DNA of 64,000 nucleotides from a virus: positions 1-64,000 of the IMG/VR virus record IMGVR_UViG_3300027985_000627, one strand, 5' to 3'. A model generated the notes under the pieces. That model was not told where the DNA came from. It saw only the letters and a list, made by a program, of their open reading frames with translations, and ran no database searches. Both the position numbers and the translations under genes were made by a program. This document shows positions 37,210-46,711 of this stretch, piece by piece. The first letter of the stretch is position 1. Every line of letters starts with the position of its first letter.

Positions 37210-38352
37210 ATGACTCTACTCAAAAAGAAAACGAAAGTGTCGGAAGTGAAAGAAGCCATCGAAGACGACGGCGAACCGCTTAACGAAAAAGAAGTTTTCG
37301 ACCCGACCAGGACTTTAAGTTCTGGTTCCACTTTGCTTGACCTCGCTATGACCGAATCTGAAGGTGGATTTGTTCAAGGCAAGGTTGTCAATCTGATCGG
37401 TGATTCCCACGCTGGCAAATCTCTTCTCGCTTTGACCATGCTTGCTGAAGCCGCCCACGATCCGAAATACGACGAATACGATCTGATTTATGATGACGTT
37501 GAGGCTGCTTCTGAAATGAATCTTGCTGTAATGTTCGGCAAGAAAACCGCCAAACGCATAATGCCTCCCTTCACATACAAAGACGGAACCAACGGCCAAT
37601 CCGATGCTATTCAGGACTTTTACGCCAATCTCAAAAATGCAATCAAACGTGGCAACCCGTTTGTCTACGTTCTTGATAGTTTCGATGCTTTGACTTCTCT
37701 TGAAGAACAGGAAAGAGCGGACAAAGAAGCTGAAGCCTTTGAAGCTGGAACGAAAGTCAAAGGTTCTTACAAGATGGAGAAGCCGAAGATTGTCAGTGAA
37801 ATTCTCCGTGTTGTGAAAAAAGACCTGCAAGACCTCAATTCTATTCTTATCGTAATTTCTCAGACGAGGGACGATATCAACCCGATGACCTTCACGAAGA
37901 AGACCAGAAGTGGTGGTCGTGCTTTGAAGTTCTACAGCACCCATGAAATTTGGTTGGCTGTCGGCAAAAAAATCAAAAAGAAAGAGCGTACCATCGGTGC
38001 CGAAGTCATTGCCAAGATTACAAAGAACAAAATAACTGGAAAATCTCGGGAAGTCATGTTTCCGATATACACCAGCTACGGTGTTGATGACATAGGTTCT
38101 TGCATTCAGTTTTTGATTGAAGAAGGTGTTATTACCGGTGGCAAAAAGAAAAAAGACAAAGATTCGGATGACAAGGGTAAAGGAAAGACTTTGAAATTTC
38201 CTGAACTTGATTTTGAAGGAACGCAAGCCAAGTTGATTCAAATGATTGAGGATGATCCGAAACTACTCAAAAAGCTCCGCAAGATAACCAAAGAAACGTG
38301 GATGGACATTGAAGATTCTATCAAAGTTGATAGGAAGCCGAAGTATGAATAG
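37210..38352 (+). CDS. recA: RecA-like recombinase
   Basis: GDSHAGKS, VLDS, ISQTR, SGGRALKFYS, KNK. Confidence 0.9.
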   Translation: MTLLKKKTKVSEVKEAIEDDGEPLNEKEVFDPTRTLSSGSTLLDLAMTESEGGFVQGKVVNLIGDSHAGKSLLALTMLAEAAHDPKYDEYDLIYDDVEAASEMNLAVMFGKKTAKRIMPPFTYKDGTNGQSDAIQDFYANLKNAIKRGNPFVYVLDSFDALTSLEEQERADKEAEAFEAGTKVKGSYKMEKPKIVSEILRVVKKDLQDLNSILIVISQTRDDINPMTFTKKTRSGGRALKFYSTHEIWLAVGKKIKKKERTIGAEVIAKITKNKITGKSREVMFPIYTSYGVDDIGSCIQFLIEEGVITGGKKKKDKDSDDKGKGKTLKFPELDFEGTQAKLIQMIEDDPKLLKKLRKITKETWMDIEDSIKVDRKPKYE

Positions 38353-39226
38353 GCAGCCGAGGCTCGTAATAGACTCCAGCTGCCTTTGCTATCGTGCAAA
38401 GCTGTCTTTGGCTGATATGTCGTATGAGGATCAGGAAACCGGAGTTATATTCGGTTTCCTGATCCAATTACGTTCTCTGGCTAACATGTTCAAAACCAAC
38501 GACTTTGTGTTCGCTTGGGACTCCAGAAAGTCTATCCGCAGAGATATGTACCATTGGTACAAAAGCAAACGCAGAGACAAAACTCCCGAAGAAAAAGAGA
38601 TTGACGAAATTGCTTTGCCTCAATTCGGACTTCTCAGAACACAGGTTCTTCCTGGTATCGGATTCAACAATAACTTCATACAAACAGGATTGGAAGCCGA
38701 CGATATCATTGCCGCAGTTGTCATGTCTGGACAGTCAGACGGTGGAAATGTGGTTGTGTCCACTGACAATGATCTTTTGCAGCTTCTGGATTTCTGCGAT
38801 ATTTTCAATCCTCAGACCAAGAAAACAATTACATCGGAAGACTTCACAGATAAATGGGGAATCGAACCAATGCAATGGTCGTTGGTTAAGGCTATGGCCG
38901 GTTGCACTTCTGATTCTGTGCCTGGTATTTCCGGTATAGGTGAGAAGTCAGCAGTTGCTTTTCTACGCGACGAATTGAAGAAAACGAGTAAGAAGTACGA
39001 AAGTATTGTTTCAGAAGACGGCAGGGCTATTACCGAGAGAAATGAAGCTATCGTAACGCTGCCCTTCGCTGACACAGAAACCCCTGAGGTTATCGAAAAC
39101 GATTTTGACCTCGATTACTTCTCCATGATCTGTGGTAAATACGGTTTCGGTTCTTTCTTGAAGCAAGATGCTTATCTTGGGTGGTGCAAGATATTCGAAG
39201 GAGACTTTGATGGCCGCAAAAGGTAA
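38345..39226 (+). CDS. 5'-3' exonuclease / flap endonuclease
   Basis: YKSKR, EADDIIA, STDNDLLQ, SDSVPGISGIGEKSA. Confidence 0.92.
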   Translation: MNRQPRLVIDSSCLCYRAKLSLADMSYEDQETGVIFGFLIQLRSLANMFKTNDFVFAWDSRKSIRRDMYHWYKSKRRDKTPEEKEIDEIALPQFGLLRTQVLPGIGFNNNFIQTGLEADDIIAAVVMSGQSDGGNVVVSTDNDLLQLLDFCDIFNPQTKKTITSEDFTDKWGIEPMQWSLVKAMAGCTSDSVPGISGIGEKSAVAFLRDELKKTSKKYESIVSEDGRAITERNEAIVTLPFADTETPEVIENDFDLDYFSMICGKYGFGSFLKQDAYLGWCKIFEGDFDGRKR

Positions 39227-39845
39227 AGGAAGCTCTTATGAAAGAGAAATATGCCGACTTCTTTCATTGTGGTGGACTGAAGGTGTATCCGACGATTACT
39301 TTTGGCGAACTGCTGGTTCAGGCGCTATGGCTAAGACACGCTCTAAAGTCGGAAAAAAAACACACGGTCACTACGGTGATATCCAAGCCGTTCATCCCGA
39401 TGGAGAACCTTTGATTCGGGTATGTCTTTTCGAACTGAAACGTGGCTACAAGAACTGGTCGCCTTTGGACGTTATCGACAAAGGAAAACGTTCTGCTACA
39501 CAAACTCTGGAAAAGTTTTTCGCTCAGATGGACGAAGACAAAGCGAATGGAGATATCCCTTACTCAGCTTTGGTATTTCGCAGAGACAAACGACAATCGT
39601 GTATTGGAATTGAAACCCAACTGTACCGAAACATAGACACGTACCAAATGGGTAATGGTCCGATTCCACAACTTCGTTTAATAACCGAAACACACGATTT
39701 CATTTTTCTTAATCTGGAAGATTTTCTTGGCTGGGCTAATCCTAAATACTTCGTGGAGAAATATAATGACCTTACAACTTGTTCTCAACGCACTGGAAAG
39801 AATAGCCGAAAACCCGTCCTTAAAAGAAAAGGAAAAGAGGATTAA
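39210..39845 (+). CDS. Holliday junction resolvase (Hjc/T5 D14-like PD-(D/E)xK)
   Basis: KGKGSSYERE, SGA, GDI, FELKR. Confidence 0.8.
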   Translation: MAAKGKGSSYEREICRLLSLWWTEGVSDDYFWRTAGSGAMAKTRSKVGKKTHGHYGDIQAVHPDGEPLIRVCLFELKRGYKNWSPLDVIDKGKRSATQTLEKFFAQMDEDKANGDIPYSALVFRRDKRQSCIGIETQLYRNIDTYQMGNGPIPQLRLITETHDFIFLNLEDFLGWANPKYFVEKYNDLTTCSQRTGKNSRKPVLKRKGKED

Positions 39846-40980
39846 AGAAGCACTCAAGATTGAGTGGTTCGTTCCGGTTGTCGAATACGCTTTGAATCCG
39901 TTTTTGAAGTTCAACATTTCATCCATCGAAGCTATACAAGATTTGCGATCAACCAGACCGGTCTATCCAATATTTGATTACCTGGACATGTTGAACGGTC
40001 TGCGTGGAGCAACAAACGAGCATCGGACTATTCTTACGAGAAAAGCCAGCATTGATTCAGATACAATTGAAGTTGTGAACAGAATTTTAGCCAAAGACCT
40101 TCGATGCGGAGCGGCTATAAAGTTGTTCAAGAAATACATACCCGATCTGCCTATTCATGAAGTTGGTTTGTGTATTGATGACATTGACAAATACTGGAAA
40201 TACACAAAAGGGCAAACTCGAATTTGGCAAATCAAACTGGACGGTGTTCGTAACTGGGCTGTCGTGGAAGAGCAAACTGTTCGGTACGTTTCCAGAAACG
40301 GAAAAGAGTTTCCCAACTTCTCAGTGTTCGACAAGGAGCTTGTAGAGTTAGCTGAAATTCTGGTACGTGACCACGGGTACAGCTACCCGATCATTTTCGA
40401 TGGTGAAGTCATTTCTGTGGAGAAGGATTTTCAAAAGCAGATGACACAGGTCAGGAGAATAAAGCAAGCTGATCCCAGTTGTTTCCGATTTGTGATCTTT
40501 GACCTCGTAAAATCTGGTATGTATGGTGATCGTTTTGGGGACGTCATTCTTGCTGAAACAGATTTGCAGCCTCGTTTAATATCGACTATTTCCTCTGTAG
40601 AATTTACAAAACGTGAAGAGATAGACGACGCTCTTGAAAAAGTTACGAAAGACGGTGAAGAAGGATTAATCCTAAAAACGTGGGAACACTCTTATGAGTA
40701 TAAGCGGACTCCTTTCTGGTGCAAAGTGAAAAAGTTTTACACTGAAGATTTGCCTGTTCTAGCCTGGGAATACGGCACTGGCAAAAATTCGGATAAACTT
40801 GGCTACATGATTTGTGATTTCAACGGTGTTGAAGTTCATGTTGGATCAGGATTTTCTGACCAAGAACGTCGTGATTTCATGACCGACACTCCAAAGATGA
40901 TCGAAGTGAAGTACCAGGAGATAACTAAGGACGGTTCTATGCGATTCCCAACCTTTGTCCGTGTGAGGGATGACAAATGA
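39766..40980 (+). CDS. ATP-dependent DNA ligase
   Basis: KLDGVR, FDGE, EGLILK, KVK, VGSGFSD, RFPTF. Confidence 0.93.
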   Translation: MTLQLVLNALERIAENPSLKEKEKRIKEALKIEWFVPVVEYALNPFLKFNISSIEAIQDLRSTRPVYPIFDYLDMLNGLRGATNEHRTILTRKASIDSDTIEVVNRILAKDLRCGAAIKLFKKYIPDLPIHEVGLCIDDIDKYWKYTKGQTRIWQIKLDGVRNWAVVEEQTVRYVSRNGKEFPNFSVFDKELVELAEILVRDHGYSYPIIFDGEVISVEKDFQKQMTQVRRIKQADPSCFRFVIFDLVKSGMYGDRFGDVILAETDLQPRLISTISSVEFTKREEIDDALEKVTKDGEEGLILKTWEHSYEYKRTPFWCKVKKFYTEDLPVLAWEYGTGKNSDKLGYMICDFNGVEVHVGSGFSDQERRDFMTDTPKMIEVKYQEITKDGSMRFPTFVRVRDDK

Positions 40981-41174
40981 ATTGGAAAGAAATTATTTTT
41001 GCTACAATTAGTTCAACCGTTGCTTTTTCTATTTTGGCCTTCATTATTCTATTTGGTTTAGGTTGGATTTTTGGTAAATGTATAAAACCTTATTTCTCGT
41101 TATCTGATACTATGGACCTGTTTTTAAATGTTTTAATCATTTTGATTATAGGTTTTATAAACGGTGTAAGGTAA
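40977..41174 (+). CDS. Small membrane protein
   Basis: Two hydrophobic helices. Confidence 0.6.
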   Translation: MNWKEIIFATISSTVAFSILAFIILFGLGWIFGKCIKPYFSLSDTMDLFLNVLIILIIGFINGVR

Positions 41175-41184
41175 GGAGATACAA

Positions 41185-41409
41185 ATGAACGTAGTCGAAG
41201 CAAAACTGCACGTTGAAAACCTGGCTAAGGAATTCACAAAAGCCATTCGGCAATTCGAAGTTGGTTCGGGACTTGAAATTGGCGACTTAGTTATTAGTCG
41301 GAAAGAGAAAGACAAACCCTTAGTATCCATAGTATGTTTCGTCCCGTACGATTACGAGGGCATTGACAAACCTAAGTCAAGAGAATTGGGACAAGCTGTT
41401 TCTAAATAA
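41185..41409 (+). CDS. Hypothetical protein
   Basis: RBS aaggag. Confidence 0.65.
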   Translation: MNVVEAKLHVENLAKEFTKAIRQFEVGSGLEIGDLVISRKEKDKPLVSIVCFVPYDYEGIDKPKSRELGQAVSK

Positions 41410-41451
41410 ACTTTTGGATAGCAAAAATAACTGTGTTATCGTGGGGTTACT

Positions 41452-41760
41452 ATGGAACGGGTCGTTGAAACTATTATTGGAAAAATTCCTGATTGTGAGC
41501 CTAGAATCCTTCAATTTGAAGTAAAAAAGAATTGTGAAATTCTGTGTGTTCGCGCAACGGATTATACCGACGTGAACAACTGTGTAGCTTTGGATATCGA
41601 ATGTTCTCCGAATGAAACTGAAAAAGTCGGCAAAAGTATTCGATTTGTGAAGCCGAACGAGCAATTTGCCAAAACAGTCAATGATAAGTTCCTGGGTTTA
41701 GTCCGATCATGGCAAACCATCTATTACGTTTACGAGGTAAGGTGCAAAAATGATTGCTGA
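41452..41760 (+). CDS. Hypothetical protein
   Basis: 102-aa ORF overlapping the thyX start. Confidence 0.6.
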   Translation: MERVVETIIGKIPDCEPRILQFEVKKNCEILCVRATDYTDVNNCVALDIECSPNETEKVGKSIRFVKPNEQFAKTVNDKFLGLVRSWQTIYYVYEVRCKNDC

Positions 41761-43387
41761 TCTGAAAGTTGAATTACTGGCTAAGACTCCGAATATGGAA
41801 GAGTTAGCTTTATCGGCAATGAAACAGTGCTATTCCAATGGATATGCTGGTGACATATACGTTGGTATGCTTATGTGCAAAACTTTCGATCCTAAAATGC
41901 TTCTTTCTGTCATGTCTTCTGGTCATGTCAGCCCCATCGAACATGGATCGTTTACGTTTGCCATTGCTGGTGTTTCAAGAGCATTGACCCATCAACTTGT
42001 TCGGCATCGTCTGGCGTCGTACTGCTTATCTGGTGATTCTAAAATAGTTTCCTACAACTCCGTAAAGAGTAGGAGTTCCCGTGTTCGCACAATACGAGAA
42101 TTGTATGAAATGAGTAAAAACCCCAAAAGGAACGGTCCATTTTCTTTAATACGAATCAGAAGTGTAGATGAAAATGGAATAATAGTTTCAAATAAAATTG
42201 TGAAAGTATTTAAAACAGGGAAAAAACCAGTTTACAAAGTCACCACTGTTAGCGGTAGATGTATAAAGTCTACTAAAGAACACCGATTTAAAACAAAGGA
42301 AGGGTTCGTAAGACTGAGTGAACTATCTGTTGGTGATACTGTAATTGTCAACGGTCTACCTTGTTATAAAAATAAAGAATGGTTAGAAGATCAGTACCTA
42401 AACAAGAACAAAACCAGAGATGAAATCGCTGAATTAGCTGGTGTTAGCAACCCTTGCATTGGAAATTGGGTGAAGAGGTTTAAATTAGTTAAACCTAGAT
42501 CGGCGTACCCCAATAGAAAACCGGGACACGGAGTACCGGGAATGTTTTCTGAAAAAGTGAAAAAGAAATTAAGCGAACAAAAGTTAGGAAGCAAGAACCC
42601 AGCTTGGCTTGGTGATGGTGCTTCTGAAAATGCAGGAAGACTACGTGCCCAAAAAATGTATCCTGCTTGTGAGTGTGAAACTTGTGGAGCCAAAACCAGA
42701 TTTGAACGACACCACATTGATGGAAACACCAAAAATAACGACCGCAGTAACATTTTAGTTTTATGCTCGGCTTGCCATCGTAGTCACCACAATCTGAATG
42801 GCGCTGTTTTAGCCGTACATTCTGATAAAATAGTTTCCATAGAGTACGTGGGAGAAGAAGAAACATACGATTTGGAAGTTGGAAATCCACACAATTACGT
42901 AGCAGATGGATTCGTTGTTCATAATAGCCAACAATCACAACGTTACGTTGACGCTAAAAACGTTAGTTACATCATGCCACCCGAAATCGCCAAAATACCC
43001 GAAGCCAGAAGACTATTCGAATCGTTCATGGACACTTCAGCTTTGGTTTACGAAGACTTGCAGGAAATTCTCATCAAGAACGGTAGAAGAAAAACCGCTA
43101 ATGAAGACGCCAGATTTGTTTTGCCGAATGCTTGTGAAACAAGGATCGTGGTCACAATGAATTGCCGATCTTTGATTCACTTCTTTTCTCTTCGTTGCTG
43201 CAAACGTGCCCAATGGGAAATCCAAGCAATGGCCAACCAGATGCTTGAGATTTGCAAAGCGAATGCTCCTACTATTTTCTCTTCGGCTGGGGCTAATTGT
43301 GATCTTTTAGGATACTGTCCTGAAGGAGAACGATCTTGTGGAAAAAAGAAAACTTTAGCAGAATTACAAGGAGTAAAAAATGATTAG
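41750..43387 (+). CDS. thyX: Flavin-dependent thymidylate synthase with intein
   Basis: GHVSPIEH, SRALTHQLVRHRLASY|intein|SQQSQRY, EDARFVLP, MNCRSL, AQWEI. Confidence 0.93.
   Translation: MIADLKVELLAKTPNMEELALSAMKQCYSNGYAGDIYVGMLMCKTFDPKMLLSVMSSGHVSPIEHGSFTFAIAGVSRALTHQLVRHRLASYCLSGDSKIVSYNSVKSRSSRVRTIRELYEMSKNPKRNGPFSLIRIRSVDENGIIVSNKIVKVFKTGKKPVYKVTTVSGRCIKSTKEHRFKTKEGFVRLSELSVGDTVIVNGLPCYKNKEWLEDQYLNKNKTRDEIAELAGVSNPCIGNWVKRFKLVKPRSAYPNRKPGHGVPGMFSEKVKKKLSEQKLGSKNPAWLGDGASENAGRLRAQKMYPACECETCGAKTRFERHHIDGNTKNNDRSNILVLCSACHRSHHNLNGAVLAVHSDKIVSIEYVGEEETYDLEVGNPHNYVADGFVVHNSQQSQRYVDAKNVSYIMPPEIAKIPEARRLFESFMDTSALVYEDLQEILIKNGRRKTANEDARFVLPNACETRIVVTMNCRSLIHFFSLRCCKRAQWEIQAMANQMLEICKANAPTIFSSAGANCDLLGYCPEGERSCGKKKTLAELQGVKND
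42023..42925 (+). mobile_element. Intein (301 aa) with HTH/NUMOD3-like segment and HNH homing endonuclease
   Basis: Starts CLSGDS, has block B STKEHRF, ends TYDLEV...HNYVADGFVVHN before Ser; CETC...HHIDGNTKNN...CSACH. Confidence 0.92.
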
Positions 43388-43586
43388 GATTGATGGAGTC
43401 CAGTATTCGTTCACTCAGTTTGCCAAGCACATGGCCAAGAAGCTGATTGAAGACGGAATGCGAGGCACGTACTTTGAGGACGAATTCTCCGATCAGTACA
43501 CTAAGATGACTGATCGTGAGAAAGAAAAGGTACGCGAGCAGTTGGAAAAGGTCACGGAAAGGATGCTCCGATTTACCAAAATATAA
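43380..43586 (+). CDS. Hypothetical protein
   Basis: RBS aggag. Confidence 0.65.
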   Translation: MIRIDGVQYSFTQFAKHMAKKLIEDGMRGTYFEDEFSDQYTKMTDREKEKVREQLEKVTERMLRFTKI

Positions 43587-43624
43587 ATCAAAGCCGGGGA
43601 AACCCGGCGATAATAGGAAAAACA

Positions 43625-43837
43625 ATGAGCTTTGAATACGAAAAGAGTTCTGTTAAGGTTCTTTGTTTAGAATGCGGATGGGAAGGGTTCAAAGATAGTA
43701 CCGAGGTACACTGGGTAGTCGGTGACAAATCCACCATCTACGATCTATGTCCGTTATGTGGATTAAATAACCTTGAAATTCAGGAGAGTGATTGTGGGCA
43801 TGTCCAAAGCAGTTCGCAAACAGTTGGTGACTTCTGA
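43625..43837 (+). CDS. Small zinc-ribbon protein
   Basis: CLECGW...CPLCG. Confidence 0.6.
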   Translation: MSFEYEKSSVKVLCLECGWEGFKDSTEVHWVVGDKSTIYDLCPLCGLNNLEIQESDCGHVQSSSQTVGDF

Positions 43838-44240
43838 TTTGGTGAAATTCACTGCAACTTCCTTTGTAAATTTTCACAAACAGAATGACTTGGAATTCAC
43901 AAAAGACAGAGTTGAACTTTCTAACAATTTGTATAACAATGCGGATCGTGCTGCTCGAATTCTGTACACCAATGTTGACGAAGACGGTCGGTGGATTCTT
44001 TCTAAAAGAGAACACCGGTCTTATGCTCAATCTTTGAAAGACACTATAAGCAGTCTGTTCGGTGACAACGAGAGAAGCCATGAGGCTATCGTGACTGTAC
44101 CTGCTTCAATTGTGGCTGTGAAAGACCTTCTCGGTTTTCTCCCTGTTGAAAGTAAAAAGAAGCGCACACTTTGGACTGAAATATTAAACGATCTGGAAAA
44201 GGCGCTCAGTCTTTTACCGAAAGAGGAACAAGCCGCATGA
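43800..44240 (+). CDS. Hypothetical protein
   Basis: ATG 43800 after aggag. Confidence 0.65.
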   Translation: MSKAVRKQLVTSDLVKFTATSFVNFHKQNDLEFTKDRVELSNNLYNNADRAARILYTNVDEDGRWILSKREHRSYAQSLKDTISSLFGDNERSHEAIVTVPASIVAVKDLLGFLPVESKKKRTLWTEILNDLEKALSLLPKEEQAA

Positions 44241-44908
44241 AACTTGACATTTATATTGAAGGTGCCAGGCAAACCGCCATTTACCCTGGTCGTCTAGGCA
44301 TGTTTTGCCAAAACGCAGCACAGGTTACGTCACCTGATGGTTCAATGGCGCCATTGACAACTAAACCCGATATTCGTGGTTTATGTTACGCAGTAATGGG
44401 TTTAGCTGGTGAGTGCGCAGAACTTAACCAAGTTCTTTGGTTTGATGATTCTGTCCTTCATGAAAATATTGTATCCGAACTTGGGGATATTCTTTGGTAT
44501 ATAGTTGCCGTTTCAGATGAACTAGGATTACTCGATTTCGAAATAGGGTATAAACCTGATCGGTGTGGAATTGCTTTATGTGATCCGTATGTTCTTCTTT
44601 CGGATGATGAATACGGGTACAATTATGGAACAACACCATTTTCCAATTTAAAAATGGCAACACAACTTTTGGTTCATGCCGGTTTACTTTGCGATAAAAC
44701 GAAGAAAATTATTCGGGATGATGCGTGTATTTTATCGAAAGAAAAACTTTGTGTTTTAGGAAACCTACTGACCAAAGTGATATTCTTTTACAAGAAAGTT
44801 GTTTGCCAACACGCAACTACTGTAAGTGTTATTGGGGAATACAACCATAAAAAACTCATGTCCAGAAAACACAGAGGAGCTATTTCTGGATCAGGTGATA
44901 ACCGATAA
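44237..44908 (+). CDS. MazG-like nucleotide pyrophosphohydrolase
   Basis: TAIYP, GLAGECAE, ELGDILWY, KLMSRKHRGAISGSGDNR. Confidence 0.85.
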   Translation: MKLDIYIEGARQTAIYPGRLGMFCQNAAQVTSPDGSMAPLTTKPDIRGLCYAVMGLAGECAELNQVLWFDDSVLHENIVSELGDILWYIVAVSDELGLLDFEIGYKPDRCGIALCDPYVLLSDDEYGYNYGTTPFSNLKMATQLLVHAGLLCDKTKKIIRDDACILSKEKLCVLGNLLTKVIFFYKKVVCQHATTVSVIGEYNHKKLMSRKHRGAISGSGDNR

Positions 44909-44984
44909 TATAAATCCGTGATTCCCTTCTTCGGCGGGTTCGTAGTCGAGGGCGCAATTGCGAAGCTGCGCTGGTTGAGGATAC

Positions 44985-45016
44985 GCCCTATCCGGGAAAA
45001 GCGACCCGGATAGGGT
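44985..45016. other. Strong 12-bp inverted repeat in GC-rich intergenic stretch
   Basis: gccctatccggg-aaaagcga-cccggatagggt; weak T tract. Confidence 0.7.
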
Positions 45017-45100
45017 TTAAAATAAATATAACTCCAATCATTGCATTTACTCTAAACATCAATCCTTCCTTTTGTCACCAACTTCCACAACGAGCATTAA

Positions 45101-45592
45101 ATGACAAACAATTACCGGTTATGCCAAAACCCAGAATGCCAGAAAAAATTAAAAAACTACCAAGAAAAATATTGTTCACAAAATTGCTACAGGAAAATGA
45201 AACAAAAATTTGTAGATGTGGTTTGTTTTGAATGCGGAAAACCTAAAAAAATTCTTCTAACAAAGTACCGTAGTAGCAAATCTAAAAAATTCTTTTGTGA
45301 TTCAATTTGTGTTGGAAAATCACAAAGAAGGAAAATAAATGCTTCTGTAATGTGTGCTGATTGCGAAAAACCAATAGACCTAAACAACCGAGTAGACCAT
45401 AAAAATGCCAAATTTTGTAATCTTCAATGTGCTGGTTCTTACTACGCTAAAACTTTTACTAAAGATTCTCCTGGAGCTAAAGCTCTTATAGAACATAGAC
45501 GAAGGGTTCTCGCCGGTGAAATATCGTACACGAACATTATTGAATCTGATCTTGACGAGACCTTTCAAAACCTAGAAGGAGTGTGGTTTTGA
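45101..45592 (+). CDS. Zn-finger repeat protein (homing-endonuclease-like DNA-binding part, no nuclease motif seen)
   Basis: Three CxxC...(Y/F)CxxxC units. Confidence 0.65.
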   Translation: MTNNYRLCQNPECQKKLKNYQEKYCSQNCYRKMKQKFVDVVCFECGKPKKILLTKYRSSKSKKFFCDSICVGKSQRRKINASVMCADCEKPIDLNNRVDHKNAKFCNLQCAGSYYAKTFTKDSPGAKALIEHRRRVLAGEISYTNIIESDLDETFQNLEGVWF

Positions 45593-45942
45593 AAATTTTA
45601 ATTTTGCTATTCGTGCTAGTTGTTTGCCCTACGTTGGTGTGTTCTTCTTCACTTCCTTTAAAAGTTGACGTATCAGCTTATTGGCCCTCCCCTGAATGCG
45701 GGGAAGGTGATTGGACTGTAGGAGCAATGGGAACAGAGATTCGTCCTGGAAAAACATGTGCTGTATCGCGTGATCTTCGCCATCTACTTGGAACTGAAAT
45801 TTACATTGAAGGTGTCGGTTGGAGATTCGTAAACGATTTAATGCATAAACGTTGGACTAAAAAGATTGACCTTTGCGTGAAAAGCAAGAAACGGGCTTAC
45901 GAATGGGGAGTCCGCAAGAAAACCATAACCCAAGTGTTTTAA
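45583..45942 (+). CDS. 3D-domain (lytic transglycosylase-like) exported protein
   Basis: Signal peptide; SAY, CAVSRD, GTEIYIEG, VND, KIDL. Confidence 0.75.
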   Translation: MVLKILILLFVLVVCPTLVCSSSLPLKVDVSAYWPSPECGEGDWTVGAMGTEIRPGKTCAVSRDLRHLLGTEIYIEGVGWRFVNDLMHKRWTKKIDLCVKSKKRAYEWGVRKKTITQVF

Positions 45943-45954
45943 AGGAGAAGCGCG

Positions 45955-46533
45955 ATGGCTATCCGATTGAACAAAAACATGCGTGAAGTTCTCTATGAGT
46001 TGGTGGAAGCCTTAGTTCAAGACACGGAACTTCGAAAAGAACTGGAAAGCAAAAGGAAAAATTTGGAAATAGAAGCACATGCCTATTCCGAGAACTGGAT
46101 CACAAAAGAAGATCGTGCTGTTCTTTCCAAATTTGGGTATCTTGAGCAATGGAAAGGGATGTCGAAAAGCAAATGGAATCCGCCTGATAAAAGATTGGGT
46201 AATTTGAGAATGGAATTCGACGTTCCTGTGACCATTGTCTACGACAAACGGCACAAAATCCAAGAAGCCAAAGAAGTATCTTTCGCTTATGATTTATGCT
46301 GGAACACAGCGCAGGCTCTTTTTGAATCGGAAGACCTGCTTCAAGCTCCGTACAAGACCTTGATTCGAAAAGCACAAACGTATGAAGCAGTTTTGAAAGT
46401 CTGGCCTGAAGCGGAAGCTGTCAGAGACAAAATGGTTCCAACTGTAAAAATCAAACCGGACACCCCTTTGTGTGAAGCTATTCATGCTGATATGGAACGT
46501 AGAGGTGTCCAGGTTAAAACCGAATGTGAGTAA
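45955..46533 (+). CDS. Nmad5-like (nucleotide-modification-associated) protein
   Basis: MAIRLNKNMRE...TYEAVLKVWPEAE pattern. Confidence 0.6.
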   Translation: MAIRLNKNMREVLYELVEALVQDTELRKELESKRKNLEIEAHAYSENWITKEDRAVLSKFGYLEQWKGMSKSKWNPPDKRLGNLRMEFDVPVTIVYDKRHKIQEAKEVSFAYDLCWNTAQALFESEDLLQAPYKTLIRKAQTYEAVLKVWPEAEAVRDKMVPTVKIKPDTPLCEAIHADMERRGVQVKTECE

Positions 46534-46535
46534 AA

Positions 46536-46703
46536 ATGACAGACGCGCAGTACGCTCTTTGGTCCAATCCTGATCGCTGCATCCGTTGTAAGTTTTTGAA
46601 AAGAACCAACAAGCTGATTCGTTACTGTTGGTGTTTGAAGTACAAATGCGAAGCCTGGGTTGTTATGGGGTGTATAAAAAGGATTGGACCAGCTACTGCG
46701 TAG
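46536..46703 (+). CDS. Small Cys-rich protein (55 aa)
   Basis: CIRC...CWC...C...C; fills the gap between neighbours. Confidence 0.45.
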   Translation: MTDAQYALWSNPDRCIRCKFLKRTNKLIRYCWCLKYKCEAWVVMGCIKRIGPATA

Positions 46704-46711
46704 GAGGTTCC

